Below, one piece after another: positions 17,150 through 32,100 of a stretch of DNA of 47,423 nucleotides. A program made the position numbers and the translations under genes. Below the pieces are notes generated by a model, which saw nothing but the letters and a program-made list of their open reading frames with translations, was not told where the DNA came from and did no database searches. Source of the stretch: an uncultured Lachnospiraceae bacterium (GTDB lineage: Bacteria; Bacillota; Clostridia; Christensenellales; UBA1242); contig CAZIRI010000002.1 of the NCBI GenBank assembly GCA_964541815.1, positions 21,074-68,496 on the forward strand, read 5' to 3'. Position 1 is the stretch's first letter, and each line of letters starts with the position of its first letter.

Positions 17150-20100
17150 TTATGAAGCCTGAATTGCATATCCAGCCTCGCCTGCGCCATTGAGAGTTTC
17201 TCCACTTGTCCAAGCAACCGTGCCATAGTGTTTTGCTGTATATTTTGCATAGAGTGCATTCTTGCTGGCGCTCATTGTGCTTGCAGAATAAACGTAGAAC
17301 GTTGAAACTTTCACAGAATTTCCAGTGCCGTTGTTTCCAGAAACCAACCCACAATTTGCCAGACTGCTTGGTGTACCCGTGATATTATTGTTTATTTCTG
17401 TTGTGTAGCCACATTCATTATCATCCACATGATAGCGACTATATACATCATGCCTTGCACTCCACCAAACTTTGTCCAATGTTGTATTCCATTGAGTGAA
17501 GTTTGCGATTGTTGCCCCATTTGCAATGGCAGCACAATATTTCGTGAATTTTTTATTATTGTTTGCTTCATTCTTTGTTTCGCTGTAAGCACTGCTACCG
17601 CCGTCACTACCTCTGCTAGCAGTTTGTTCTGCATCACTATTGCTTCCTGCTGTTCCGCCATTTGCAGAAGAATAGAATTTATCATTATCACTGTCAACAA
17701 TTCCAACGGAACCTGCTCCACCGTTTCCGCCATATTGATTTGTGAATGATGATATATAACTGCCACTTGTCACTGCTTTCCCAGCATGTCCGCCAGCACC
17801 GCCACCTTTGGCGACACCACTAAATGTGCCATTTGCACCGTCACCGCCGTATCCAGGGATAGAATCATATCCCTCATGCGAAATCAAAGTGTCACCATCG
17901 ACATTTCCGCCAGCATAGCCATCATCACCATTTCCACCATCTTCTCCATTATTAGTGCCCTGCGTTCCATTTTTACCCTTGATTGAACTTCCTGCAATCA
18001 AGATGTCGGCAGTTGTCGGTGTCGTGTTTGCTTTGAGCGTTGTCGTGATTCCGCCAGTTGTTGACAATCCAACCATGGTCACATAACTTGAAATACTGCT
18101 TGTTGTTTCACTTTCTCCAATTTCTCCAATCGTGTAAATTGTTCCATGTCCACCATGGATATTTCTCATTGTTCCATAGAATGAAATATTTGTCAGTGTG
18201 CTTGTATCGTTTGTTGTGGTGAGCATTGAATAATTTGTGAAAGTCGCTGTGTCAGAGTCATTCACTTGTGCAACAACAATTGTGTCCTTTATAAACGAGC
18301 CAGAGCCAGTTGTTCCCTTGCCCAAGACTGAACCTGAATTTGTTGAAGTGATGAAATTCATTGCAAATCCCTGACCAACAATTGAACTTGGAATGCTGTC
18401 AATTTTTGTGTCCCTCATCGCAATGTCATGTCCCAAAATCAAAATGCCAACTGAATTAGCGCTTTCGCTATCTCCTGCTGTTCCTGAATAAGATTGTGTT
18501 GTGCTTGTGTAGACTTTGTATGAGAACTCATTTCCCTTGCTTGATGTCGCTGTCATTTCCACTTTATCAGTTGTTTCATATGATGTTGTTGTTCCGCCAA
18601 TTGACACTTCAACTTTTGTGACATTCGACACTTTTTTTCCAATTGACTTTTCTATTGACTTTTCTAGTGTAGCATAATCATTTGTGTTTCCGCAAGTGAT
18701 TTTTCCATTGAAGACTTTTTGAATTGTTAATTTTTCACTCGTCCATAGACTCGTCTTCAATTGTGAATAATTTGAATTGACTTGATCCACAATGCAACTT
18801 TTATCCAATATTGCAAAAGCATTCACACCGACCGCAATTGCCTTATAATTTGACGCATCCAATAAATATGAATTTGTCGCTTTTGCAGCATATCCATCAA
18901 TATTTCCATTTTCATCTTTAGCTCCCACAAATTCTGTCCCACTGGCAATTAAATTGTAGAAATTTTCAGTCACATTGTAAGCCTCTCCGCTTCCAGTCAC
19001 TTCCAATTGATAGTAAGTATATGTCTCCGTGCCTTCATTTGCTGTTTTCTCCACAGCATAGACTTTCTTGTTGTAATTTGTGCCTATGTCGCCATTCAAC
19101 TTCAAATTGTTTCCATCAACTGTTGCAGATAGTGTGGTTGTTATCGTGCCATCTTTGTTAACCGTCACAACAGAACCATCAGTTATTATATTATTTCCCC
19201 CTGTTGCCCCATAGAATCCAGAGTTGTCGTAGGTATAACTTGTTGTTATTGAACCATCTTTTTCTGTCACTTGAATTGTCACGCTTCCCCTATCATTTGT
19301 GAACAAACCACTTGACCCTGAGAGGTTGTCTTTATCTATTGCTTTTCCGCTTTCATCAACATATTGCATTGTTGTTGTGGTCACGGAAATATTTCCGCCC
19401 GCATATGTCGATGTCGTGTCATTTGGTGAGATTGTTGTGATACAAGTCTTATCCGCTGAAATGCTTCCGCCTCTGATATATACTTGTTTGTTTCCACCAC
19501 TTTTATCACTAACTTCAATCAAATAACCATTGTCTGAATTTCCATTGATGATGTAATACTTGTAAGCATACTTAAATTCATATTCCCCAGAGCCAAGGCC
19601 ACTGTCAGTCATCACTTCATTTGATGATATTCTTGTCAACTTATCTACACTCTTCCATGTGCTACCAGAATTATACATCAATTCAGGCTCTACACAGATA
19701 ATTTTATTGTATGTGGTGGTTCTTTCTTCTGTATAATTATCTCCCGTCACTGACACTTCATTTGGATAATAGAATTTATCAAGTCCTGACAAAGCCCCGC
19801 TCAATGTTGAAGTAGAAGCGTCATATGTGAAGAAGTTGACAACAAAGTTCCCATTTACAATCGTCCCCGTCAATGAATTTGCTGTTCCAACCACTTTCCA
19901 AGTCGTCTTATTATCCAAACTTGTGATTGTCAAACTATTGTTTTGAATTGCATTATACACACTTTCAGACACCTTGTATGTTGTGTCAGTTTCGCTTCCA
20001 GCAGTCACTGCCAATTGATAGTAAGTATATTCACTCTCCTTGCCTTCATTTGCTGTTTTCTCCACAGCATAGACTGTTTGGTCATATGCCCCGTCTTCAA

Positions 20101-23100
20101 CATATTGTCCACCTTCAGTCGTCACATTCCAAGTGCCATTTTCTATTTCCGCAAGGAGTTTGAATGCTCCCGCTTTCAGTGTCAATCTGTCCACCGTGAT
20201 GTCAGAACCATTTGTGAAGACATATTTTGATGTCCCTTTACTTACTTTCTCGATAAGTTCGCTTATCGTGATTGAATCTTCACTCAATGAAACCTTTTTT
20301 TCAGCATAGTTCTGTGCCGTCAATGTGAATGAATCACCAATTGTCTTGAATATGAAATTTTCTGTTGATGACAACGAGATTACCTCTCCACTTGATATTC
20401 CATTTCCAACATACACATCTTTTTGCTCGTTTTTTGTGCTTGATGTGCTTATATTGATTGTCCATGAGTCATTATTTTTCAAGTTTTCTATTATGTTAGA
20501 ATATTCGATTTTCACGCACTTATCATGACTATCACATGTGCAAATTTTATTGTTGGTGCTATTATATATTGTCGTCCCGCCCAACACAACCGATGTGATT
20601 GTGTCGTTTTTGGTCAAGGTCACAGATTCTTCGCTCAAATCAAGGTGAAGATATCCGTTGTTTTCATCATATGTCAAATTGTTTTTATATGCAGTGCCAC
20701 TTCCCGAAATCACATCATTCATTGTGCAAGTGAATGTTGGAGTTGTTGTTTGCTTTTCTGTGTAATAGAATGTCGCACTCACAATTGATGTTGTTTTATC
20801 ACCATTTGCTGTTGCGGTTATCTCATTTATCATCACAACATTGAACAAATCTCCACTTGAAACGCCAAAACTCAACTTGTCTCTTGAAACTTCTCCGTCA
20901 AACTTAAATTCTGCTGTGTATGTGTATGGATAAAGCGAAATCAACACACCGTCACGATTTTTTGCAATGCTTGCGGTTGTCCCGTTGATTGTGAAGTGTT
21001 CAAAGCCATCATCATCATTTATTTCGTTGTTTATTGCGTCATCGATTTCTTGCAATTTGTCATTCAAGTCGTTTTCTTTATATCCGCTCGCTGTGACAAA
21101 TTTTGTGCCGTTTCCTGCACTCATTTTGTTGAGATAACTCAAAATTGAATCATATCCATTATATTCATTTTCTTTCGCATCATTTCCAAGCCATGCCTTG
21201 TAGTTGATTGAGCCGAGAATTGAAGAACTTGGATACGTCAAGTCTTGCTTAAGTCCGTCACTTATATATGCTGTTCCAGTTGTCCCTCCAATACTATGGA
21301 ATTTTGTTGATTCGGAATATTTCCCCTTATCATTAAGCGTATATTTCCCATACAAGTTTGTGCTTCCTTCGTTTATTCCTAATACAGCCGTCAAATCTTT
21401 ATAAAGTGGATTTGTGGTCGTCAAACTTCGAGTCATTGTGTCTGTCGCATACAATCGAAGTGGGAAGCCATATGAATCGTATGCCGAAATTGTGCAACCT
21501 ATTTTACCTTTTATACTCTCCTTATCCCCCGATGTAAATGTCTCAGCATGAACACTTGACACAAATTTCGCTTCATAGTCACCACCATTTTGTTGTGCCA
21601 ACTCCGCTTTTCGAGCAAATGTCAAAGTGCTTGTCACAGAAATTTCACCGACATTCCCTTGATTTAGAATATTGTTGTCAGAAGAGGTGTTTGATGAGTC
21701 TATCACATCGGCACTTTCACTATATCCAATTCCATAGGCGTTGACAAGTCTGTTTGAGCCTGAATTGTATGTCATTGTGATAGTGTATTCCAAATCATCC
21801 GGCTCTGTTGTCGCAATCTCTATTTTTGCTGTGCCACTTGTCGCTACTGTGATTTTATAACTTCCGCTCTTTGCACCCAAAGCCTGAACCGCTCCGCCAT
21901 TCGTGCAAGAAGAGACAGTCCCGCTCTGTGCATATCCAACAATTCCGCCCGCATAGTTGTATCCAGTGGATGAAGTCATTCCAGAGCCGACAAGCCCTGC
22001 ATTGTCACAAGATTTGATTGAGCCACCAATCATATATCCGACAATTCCGCCTGAGATTGAATTTTTTGTCTTGCCAGCCCCAGAATAATTTGCAAGAATT
22101 GAGTTTGAATTGTATGAGTTTGAAATTGCCCCATCATCCATTTGTCCGACAATTCCGCCCGCAATTGCATTGATTGAAGCGGTGACAACATTATTATCTT
22201 TTGTGACAAAAGTCATTGGAGCATCACTATTAAGTTTTGTCACCTTGATTGAAAGTCCTGTCCTTGTGCTAGAACTATCCGTCAAAATCACTCTTCCATT
22301 GTTTGTGAGATGGTCAATCACCCCTATTTTTCCTCCGTCCCTGCCGTTCACCTCGCCAAACAAACCGCCGACAATTCCGCCCTGTGTCGCCGTCACATTG
22401 ACAACCGCCTCAATATATGATGCGTTTCCTTGCAATGTCTTCGCAATTCCGCCCGCAAGTGTTTTTGTTGTTGTCAAAGAACCTGTCACTGTGAGATTTG
22501 TCAAATCTCCCTCGATTGTCTCTGCCAAAATTCCACTTGCTCCACTGACATTCAAACCAGAGATTCGAAGATTTGAAATATTTCCTGTCAATACATTGAA
22601 AAGTGCAGAAGATTTAATTTCCGTGAATGAAATTGTGTGATTTTGCCCGTCCAAATTGAGCGAAACAGTTTGATTCCAAGTCAAATTGTCGCCTTTGATA
22701 TCATATCTCAATGTGGTTGAAATTTGAGGGTTTGAGACATTCTTTGCATAAGAAATGATTTGATTGAGTTTGCTTGCTGACAAAATTTCATAATATGCAT
22801 CCGATATTTCTTTATATGTCCCGTCTTCATTCACCAAATCGCTGTAAGCAAATTTTTCAAAAGTCTCTGTCGTTTCTCCTTTTTCGTCTGTCGTTTTAAC
22901 AAATCTGTATGTCGTCACATTTTTCAGATATCCAAATCCATGTGAAGCATATCCATAATTTGTGTGTTTTGAATAATACCAATTATTTTCCGTGGCATAA
23001 GAAGTGGTATCCTTTTTAATGCCAAAGCCCTTTATGCTAACAATTTTTTCATTGTCATATCCAACTGCAAAGTCGTTTCCATCATATTTTTTCACTATGC

Positions 23101-26100
23101 TTATTGCAGTAGTGTCTTGTGAAGCGTCAATCACACTTCCCAAAATGTTTACGCTGTTTCCAACAACAAATTTCTTTTCGCTTGAACAATTTCCGCTCCC
23201 CAAAGCGTTGATATCTTCAATTTGTGTGATTGAATAACAATCTTCAATGTCATTTTTTGTGTTTCCAATTGATTTTCCTGAATACACAAAAGTTGCGACA
23301 GGGGCATCAACATATCTCAAAATTTTTCCAGATGAATATGTCGCTTTGATTGTTGTTTGACCATTCCAAACATTTGCAATGCCAGAAACAACTGATTGAT
23401 ATGAATTTTTATTATTATCTACTTTATCTGGACCCGCTCTGAAAATGATATCCGCATCGACATAACACTCATTCACAAAGCCGTCTTCCATATCACCAAT
23501 CATGCCCGCAAGTCGAACATATTGTCCAGCCTCTTTGCCACCAACGGACAATTTGCCTTCCACACCAACGCCATAGATAAATGTATGTCCAGAAGTTTTC
23601 CCGACAATTCCGCCAAAATTAACAATACTTCCATCATATTTAACATCAACAGCAATGTCCAAATCAAAGACAACACCTGAAATTCCAGAGAAATGCGCCT
23701 CTATCTTATTCTCATCCGCTGTGCCAAGTTCGTTCACAAATCCGCCAATAAAGTGTTTGTTTGTATAGAAGTCTTTATCTGTGTCATTTCCCTTGACTTT
23801 CACAGTTTGCCCATTGCCAACAAACATAACATCTTTCAGATTGTTGTCAATGTTGTTTGTCCATTCAGTCTCATTCAAATTTATCCATGTGATGCCATGT
23901 GAATTGCCAACCGTCTTCGCATTAACAGCCGTTTTATAACTTGAATAACCTTGATATGGGTTGATTTTTGCCCCAGAAACACCACTTATTGAAGAAAATT
24001 TTGCAAGAATATTTTCTGTTTTCTTTGTGCTATATCCATCAAAACCGCCTGAAACATATCCCACATCAAAATTTTCGTTCTCATATTGATATGCCATACA
24101 AACACTCGAATTGTAGTAGTTTTCACTGCAACTCACCTTGTCCGCATTTTGTCCAACAATCGCACCAATATGGTCATTCGTCGTTGCGGTCACATCATTT
24201 GAAGATTGAGTAGTTGACACCCTATCATTAAAGTTTGTCAAAAGTGAATAGCAACCATTGATATTGATTGTTTGACTAGCGTTGTTTTCGTTGCCTGATG
24301 ATATATTGACATTTCCAACAATTCCACCAAAGATATATTGAGATAATCTGTCAGCAGAGTTTTGCCCATACATAATCATGACATCACCATAGGCATAACA
24401 TTTTGAAATCGTGAAGCCATTTGAGGAACCAACTTGTCCAATCACACCGCCAACGGTCAACTGCCCACCATTCAAGGCTTCACCAAAGACTTTCAATGCA
24501 CCGCCATAATAAATGTTTGAAAGTCCAGTATCAGAAGATAAGTTTACCCCATTTCCAACGGCACCACCAAAGACAATTTCTGAAGAATCAACAATAGTGA
24601 TTCCGTTGTATTCACAAAGCGCACTGCCATTGCATGTGAAACCAACACCTTGAGCATTTCCAACAACACCGCCAATGTGTGCTGTTGTTGTCGTTGTTGT
24701 CGTTGTTGTTGCTTTTGCATAGATATTCAAGTTGTTGACAACATTTGCACTGATTCCAATCCTTGTGTCTTGTGCCGTTCCAATCATTCCACCAGCATAA
24801 GCATTTGCAGTTGTTTTTTCATTTGCAGTTGTTTTTGCGAAAACACCCCCGTCAATTTGCAAATTTCCAGAGAATGAGATTGTCCCGCCGACACTTTCGC
24901 CAACAACACCGCCGACATAAAGGTTTGTGCTCTCAAATGAATATTTATCCAAGTCATAATTTTCTTGATTTTTGTCAAATTCTTCCAAGGTTTCTGTGAC
25001 AACACTGTTTGTGGTATTCCCGACAATCAAATCAATTAGAATTCCATTCACAGAGACCGTTGCTGAATTTGTTTTTCCAACAATTCCACCAATATCCGCA
25101 TTTGTGACAGAATTGCCCTCACTCAAAATCTTTCCAACGATTTTTGCACCCGTATATTGAGATTTGAGTTCCATTGTCGCATTTCCAAGTTCCCCAAAAA
25201 TCAAGCCCGCATAAGCATTTGCACAGCCACCAACAACAATCGTCATGCCTTTTGCGTCAGCCGTTTCATCCGCCTTTGCAGAATATGATGCAGATGAGAT
25301 GACCGCTTTTCCAGCCACTCCACCAATACAAGCATTTCCACCAATACAATCATTTTTATTACTGCTTGCCTTGATTGTGACATTTTCAATTTGTGGAATT
25401 TCCAAGCCAATTGGAACATTGTATTCTTCTTGAGAAATCAAGCCTGCATACAGTCCCGCATACAATTTTGAATCGTCAGTTTTTAGCTTTGCCGAAATTA
25501 CGACGTTCAACTTCAATTTTGCTTCAGAATTGTTGTAAACCCCAAAATTGATATCTGAAATAACAACATTTGTGTATGAATTTGTTTCATGAATCTGTCC
25601 CGCAATCAAGCCCGCATAAGCCATTTGTTCATTGCCAGTTCCAACATTCATTGTCACTGTTGTTGCGCCTGAATCATTTGAACTTACTTTCCACAAGAAA
25701 TTGACTGTTTCAAAGGATGTTGACAATGCATCAGGAACAAACAGCCCTGCACTTGAAGCACCACCGCTTGTCACTCCATTCATAGTCACATCGCCACCAT
25801 AGACAACATCAACCTTTCTTATGATTGAAGTTATAGCCCTGTCAGCAATCACACTGCGTGAGATATTGACATTCATATAAATTGGCACACCTTGAATTGT
25901 TGCTCCTTCAAGCGAATTGAACAAAGATGACCCATTCAAAATAATCCCAACTGGAGAACTTGAACTTTGACCACCCGTTCCTTCTTTATTGATTTGGAAT
26001 GAATAAGCATTCTTTTGAATCCCCATATATTCATTATAGCCCAACAATTTTCCTTTGAAAGTCAATTCAGAGAATTTGACCCCATTGTAGTTATAGGTGC

Positions 26101-29100
26101 TCAAATCAATGTCTTTAACTGTGTTGCAATTGTCGTCATCGCTTGTCAATCCACGCACAACAATTGTCACTTTCTTGCCTTCTTGTATGCATTTGAACAC
26201 ATCATCCGTTGATTCCGTATAAGCATCCCAATAGATGACATCATTTCGTGGTGTCAAATTTATCTCTGGGAACAAACTTCCTGTGTCGTGAACCCAATAT
26301 TTTTCTTCCCAACCATTCATCAAGAAATATTTATACATTCTTGAAAATGCATAAGACATTGTCGACATTGAAGAGTCGCCGATAAATTGTGCTTCCAAAA
26401 CGCAGTCGCTTTGAGTCGTTCTATAATTGTAATTCCCACTGCCAAAGCCACATATATTGATGTTTACATCAGTTTTGTTGATTGTGTATTTTGTGTATCC
26501 ACCAACTGTTTTTGAACCGCTTTCATCGCCATTAAATTCACCGCCTACTTTCAAATCAATAACAATGTCATTGAGAGTGTTAAGCAAATAAATCGATGAA
26601 GACAGCGAACGATTTTCGTTGCTATATCTTATTGAACTATCTTTTTTATCCACTGCATACAGTGTCCCGATAAGAAGTGCATGTGTCGAACTTACACCAT
26701 TTGTCACATTGGTCAAATTACCCTCGCTGTCTTTGAGATTTGTGAGATAATTCAATGCCATTGCATCTTTGATACACAATTTTGTTGCATTTGAGCCAAC
26801 ACCTTTCTCATCAGCAATAATTTCCATTGCACCAACAATTCCAGAAGCAACCCTATCTGACACTCCATCATTTGACAAAATTTCGACATCTCCCGATGAG
26901 TAAACCCCATAAAGAGTGACACCGACATAACATTCATCAGTCGTGATTGAAAGTTTGTAGTCATTTGAAGTGTATCCAACAACTCCGACAATTCCGCCGA
27001 CTGCGACAGTGTTTGAACCATGAGAAATGACATTTAATTTGTTGTAGCCAATGTTGATGTATCCGCCACCCATATATCCGACAAGACCGCCAATAAACAA
27101 TGGATTGTTTATGTTTTCAGCATATCCCGTATCATTTGTGGTGTATGAGAAAATAGACTGTTGACCTTTTTCAACACTCGTAGAGCCATTGTAGAAAGCA
27201 TGTTCATTTGATTCAATTACTTCTTGCAAACTCTCTTCATAACTTGCAGAAACCGCAAACAAACCGCCATAATTTTCGCCGACCAAACCGCCAGCATAGA
27301 GATTTTTTGAAATGATATGAGATTGATTTGAAAGAGCCATATCAGCATCCAAAGTCAATGTTGCATCATAAACCAAAGTGTTTTTGCCGACATATCCAAA
27401 GATTCCACCAGCAACTTCCGCATAAACTTCAATTGAGTCCGAAACCCTCACTGACAAAATCGAACAATCACTCATTTCAATGTTTGAACTGAATTTTATA
27501 TAATTTTCACTGCCCGAACTGTATACATCAACATATCCAGCAACAGCACCCGCATATGAAATTGTGCCAGCAACATCTTTCAAACTTGCTCCACTGTCAA
27601 GAGATGAAGAGAGTGTCCTCATTTTATTGCTGTCCACCGCTGTTTTTGTTTTGCTTGAATAATAAACCGAGAAGACTTGCATATTTTCAATATGTATGTC
27701 ACTCATCACGCTTTCACCCATGAAAATCCCGACAACTCCGCCGACAATGTTGTTTCCTTGAACAAAAACATTCCCAGTTTCAGAATTTTCTGTTGGAGCC
27801 AATGAAACTGAAATAATTCTTGAATCAGTCGCCGTTCCAGCCAAAACACCAACAATCATAGCCTGTGAGTTATGCACTGAATCAACCGTCAAATCAACAC
27901 CCATAATCACAGCATCGCTAAGTCTTGCAAAAAGGCCAAAGTCTTCATCCGAAGAACTCCCCGCAAGACTTATATTTTGAATTGCAAAACCATTTCCGTC
28001 AAAAATTCCAGAGAAAGTTTTTGACATTGTTGTCAATTTCAAAGTTGAAGAACTTTCCGCATTTTGTTGTATCTCTGACAAATCGATATCATGAACAAGC
28101 CTGTAATTTCCAAACACTTCTGTGTCTGAATAATAACTCTTGTATGAAGAAATTTCAGTTGTTCCTGCATTTCCCATTGCTTTTGCAAAATCTTCTGCCG
28201 AACGAATTATGATTGGATTTGAATCACTTCCATAAGTCAAATCAACATAACTCAATGTCTTTGCATCACGGATATTTCTGTTGTAGAACACTTTGTATGT
28301 CTCATCATCACCCGCAACAACACATCGATTTGAAATCGCAATTTCATTTGCACTCACAAGAGCAATTCCGTTTGTTGTCATCTTCCAAATTCCGTTGTAG
28401 TCGCCGTCATCCGAAGCAAAACTAAATCCATAGAACGAATCCATATCATCAACATCATGCAAAGCCGTTGCACCAGAAGCCATTTTTGATTGAATTGTGT
28501 CATCAACTCTTGATTCATGATAGAAATAAGAATTTGAGATTGTCCCATTATTCAAAGAGTTTTCGCTTCCGTCAATTCCAGAGAATTGCATTTCCCCAAT
28601 ATCACTTGAATCAATTTCACAAGCAGAATAGCACAATGTGACCGTTCCTGTGTCATCATTTTGATAAACAAATCCAGCCACCATAAATGCTTTGTTTTCC
28701 GTCTTTTCAATTGCAATATTTGCATAAGAATTTTTCACAAGATTTGCATTTTCATAAACAAATCCCGCAACAATTCCCGCAGATTTTATGTTTGTCACAT
28801 TGTTGTGGACAATCACTTCCTCACTTGTTTGTGTGCCTTTGACACCCTCAACATAACTTGTTTGAATGTCGCCATTATTTGTCAAAACAAATCCCGCAGT
28901 TTGAGAAGCGTTGTATTCCATTTTGTTTGTGATTTGAACATCTTTCACAAAAGATGCGCTCACACTTCCGTCATTTTGATAAACAAAGCCCGCAATATTT
29001 CCTTGCCCTGAAATTGTGAAAGTCCCTAGATCAATCGAATTTACATAATCTGTGCCAGCGATGTTGTCAATATATTTCAAACTGTCACCGCCAACACGAC

Positions 29101-32100
29101 AATTTGTGATTGAAGAACTGTTTGTCATAACAAAGCCCGCAATGCTATACTCTTTATCCATTTGAGTTGTCAGTATAACGCTGTCTGATTTTCCTTTTGT
29201 GTATGTGACAACAAGCCCATTCTCTGTGCCGTCAGAAAATTGACTGCTGTTGTTTTGCAATCCGTCATAGAAGGACACAACTTGACAGTTGTATATAATC
29301 CCCTCATTTGAAAGAGCAAAGCCCGCAATATTTGCCGTGCTGTATTGACTCACATCAATTGCTATTTGTCCACCATTATATATATTGACAGTCACATTTT
29401 TCAGTGTCGTGTTTTCAGCAACACTGTCAAAAAGAGCCAAATTCAAAATTTCTCCACTTTGTGAAGCAAAACTATCCAAATAAATCACATAACCATTTCC
29501 GTCAAACGAATTGATGTTGTCCGTGCTTATTGGCGTGTAATTTTGAAGAACAATATCATTCACAAGCATATAGTCACCAGCAGTTTCCCCGCTTGCCATC
29601 GCAACAAAGTCTTCTGCCGTTGCAATTTGTGTTGGAGTGTCTTCATCAGTCCAAACTTCAACCACAATCACAAAGTAATATTCATAAACAAACTTAACCC
29701 CTTGCGAAACAACAACTGTTTCAAGTTTCATCAATTGTGTTCCCGCTCTTTTACCTGTCACTTGAAGTTCTGTGTAAGGTGTTGAATCCAAACTGTTTTC
29801 AGACTGTTTCAATGTGAAATAGTTGTTTGAAACAATCTCACCATTTCTGTCAACAGCAACCGCACTTGACTCACTTGTCGCATACCAAAGTCTGTCAACC
29901 AAAGTCAATTCTTTTGCACTTCCCGTCATCGAATCAACATCATAATTGATATAATATCCAACTTTGTCGTCTTTATAGTAGCCATTCAAAGCAAAACTTT
30001 GTCGATTTTTGTTGAGTTCGTCCACCGCTTCCTTTTGACTTGTGTTTGTGTAGACATAATTATATTCTTCTGGAACAAGTGGATAATCAAAAGACAATGA
30101 AGATGTCTCGCCAATATAAACATAATATCTGTCATAATTCTTGCCATTGTAGGTCGCTGTTCCGCTTTTTGTGGTCAACGAAATATTGTCAGCATCAACA
30201 GAAAAATCAACAAGACAAACTGTTGCCTGTGTTGTTTTTATTTCTTCAATGCCCGCAACAACATTCTTCACCGATGCACACACATAGAAAATTCCGCTTG
30301 AAACGCTTTCGTCAATACTTTCACCCACAAGAGTTGCATCAACAAGAGCAGTCAAAGTCGCTGTGTATATCTTTTGTGTTCCAACAATTTCATAAGTTGG
30401 AGTTGTCAAGAAAATGTTTGATTTGTTGTTGACAAGATACATATTATCCAAAGATTGGTCAGCGTCAACAGTGATTGTCACTGTCGCAGAGTCACCCTTT
30501 GCAAGAATGCAAGTTGTGTCACCATTAACAAGAACGGTCGCTTCTCCTTTGAAATCAACTGCAAAGTTATAACTTCCGCTCCAAGCCAATTCTTTTCCGT
30601 TGTAGCAAGAAAGTGTCAATTTGACAGAACTTTTTGAAGCAAAAGTGCTTGAAACATACATTCTGAAATAGAACACCCCGTCACCTTGCTTATCTGTGTC
30701 AGTAAGGTCAACTCGAATGCCCGAGCCATCACTCAATGCAGAAGAATTTTTTTGGTCATAATAGAATCCAAATCTTGAATCGTTTACCAATCTTGTGAAA
30801 TTCACAATGCCAACGGATTCTCCCGTTGCTTCATAAGTCAATGTGAAATGCGTCAAATTTGCATAAACAGGGTCAAGCACAACCGAAACAATTCCTTCAC
30901 TTGCAGGACTGAATGTGCTTACAACCTTATTTTCAGTGTTGTAATACAAAACTGAATCTCTCAAATATCTGTTTGTTATTCCATAAGTCAAAATCGTTGT
31001 GTCTTCAATGTTTTGAACTTGCACACTCAAATCAACGGTTTTCAACATTGAAGTGTTTTGTGATTGACTCTTTGCATTGACAATCAAAGTCAAATCGTCA
31101 TAGTCATGAGTTATTTTATGCTTTGAATTTTCAGCAACTTTCACCAAAACATTAAAGCGATATACTCCACTGCTCACAGAAGTTTTTGTCCATGAAACAT
31201 CAAGCGTCAAATCATTGTCCACAACAAAACTCTTGCTTGTTTCCGAGCCTGTTGGAGCCAATTCAACATCGCCATATTTCAAACCAACAACAAGATTGTC
31301 ATCTTCACTGTCAGTCGTCATCACAGCAACAAAACTTGCATATTGAGAAGCCTTGACAACCAAACTGTTTGCATTTTCAAGCACCAAAGACTTTGCTCCG
31401 TCATAAGAAACAACATTGAATATCCTTGTTATTGCTTGTCCGATTGATTTTTCAACAAATTGAATGAAAGTTGTTTCAACTTTCGTTCCCGTGCCAGTTT
31501 GAACTGTGGTAGTTTCACCCATTATTTTATCATCGTTTAAGTCAACATAAACATATGACTTCACTTTTGAAGAAGATTTCTCCCCGTGTGCTTTGTTTGC
31601 TTGAAGAAGCAGTCTTGACCCTTCTTCACTTGCTGTCACATATTCATTTTCTTCGTCATAAGTGTTGTCAGAGAGTTCACACGAAACATTGTAATTTTCT
31701 TTTGAAAGAATGTATGAAGATGAGCCGTCACCCAAAGAAATACTGTTTGTTGTTCCATAATGAACAGTCTTGATATTATTCACTCCTGTTTGAACATACA
31801 AAGACACGCCGTCATCAAACTCAACACCGTCAACCCTTGTCGATAGTTCTGGTAAAGAGTAGACAACAACAAATTTGAATGTTTTTGTCTTTGAAAAATC
31901 GGTCTTTGAATGAACAACAATATCAAACTCTGAAACATTTCTTGATAATAGTTTGATTGAATCCGCCGTCAATGAAACATTTGAACTGCCAGTTGTCAAA
32001 ACAACACTTTTTGCTTCTTTGTCAGTCAAATTCAACATATTTTTGATTGAAATTGTGTTGAATCTTTCAAGTTGTGTCTTTTCAGTTGCATCCGCAAGTG

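Noticed and set aside
17121-17766. Alternative-frame minus-strand ORFs (17392..17766, 17121..17354) in the 3' end of the giant gene, considered as hidden immunity or overlapping genes
   Set aside because: No SD; their composition reflects frame-shifted Gly-rich codons; they fully overlap the giant ORF and radC start.
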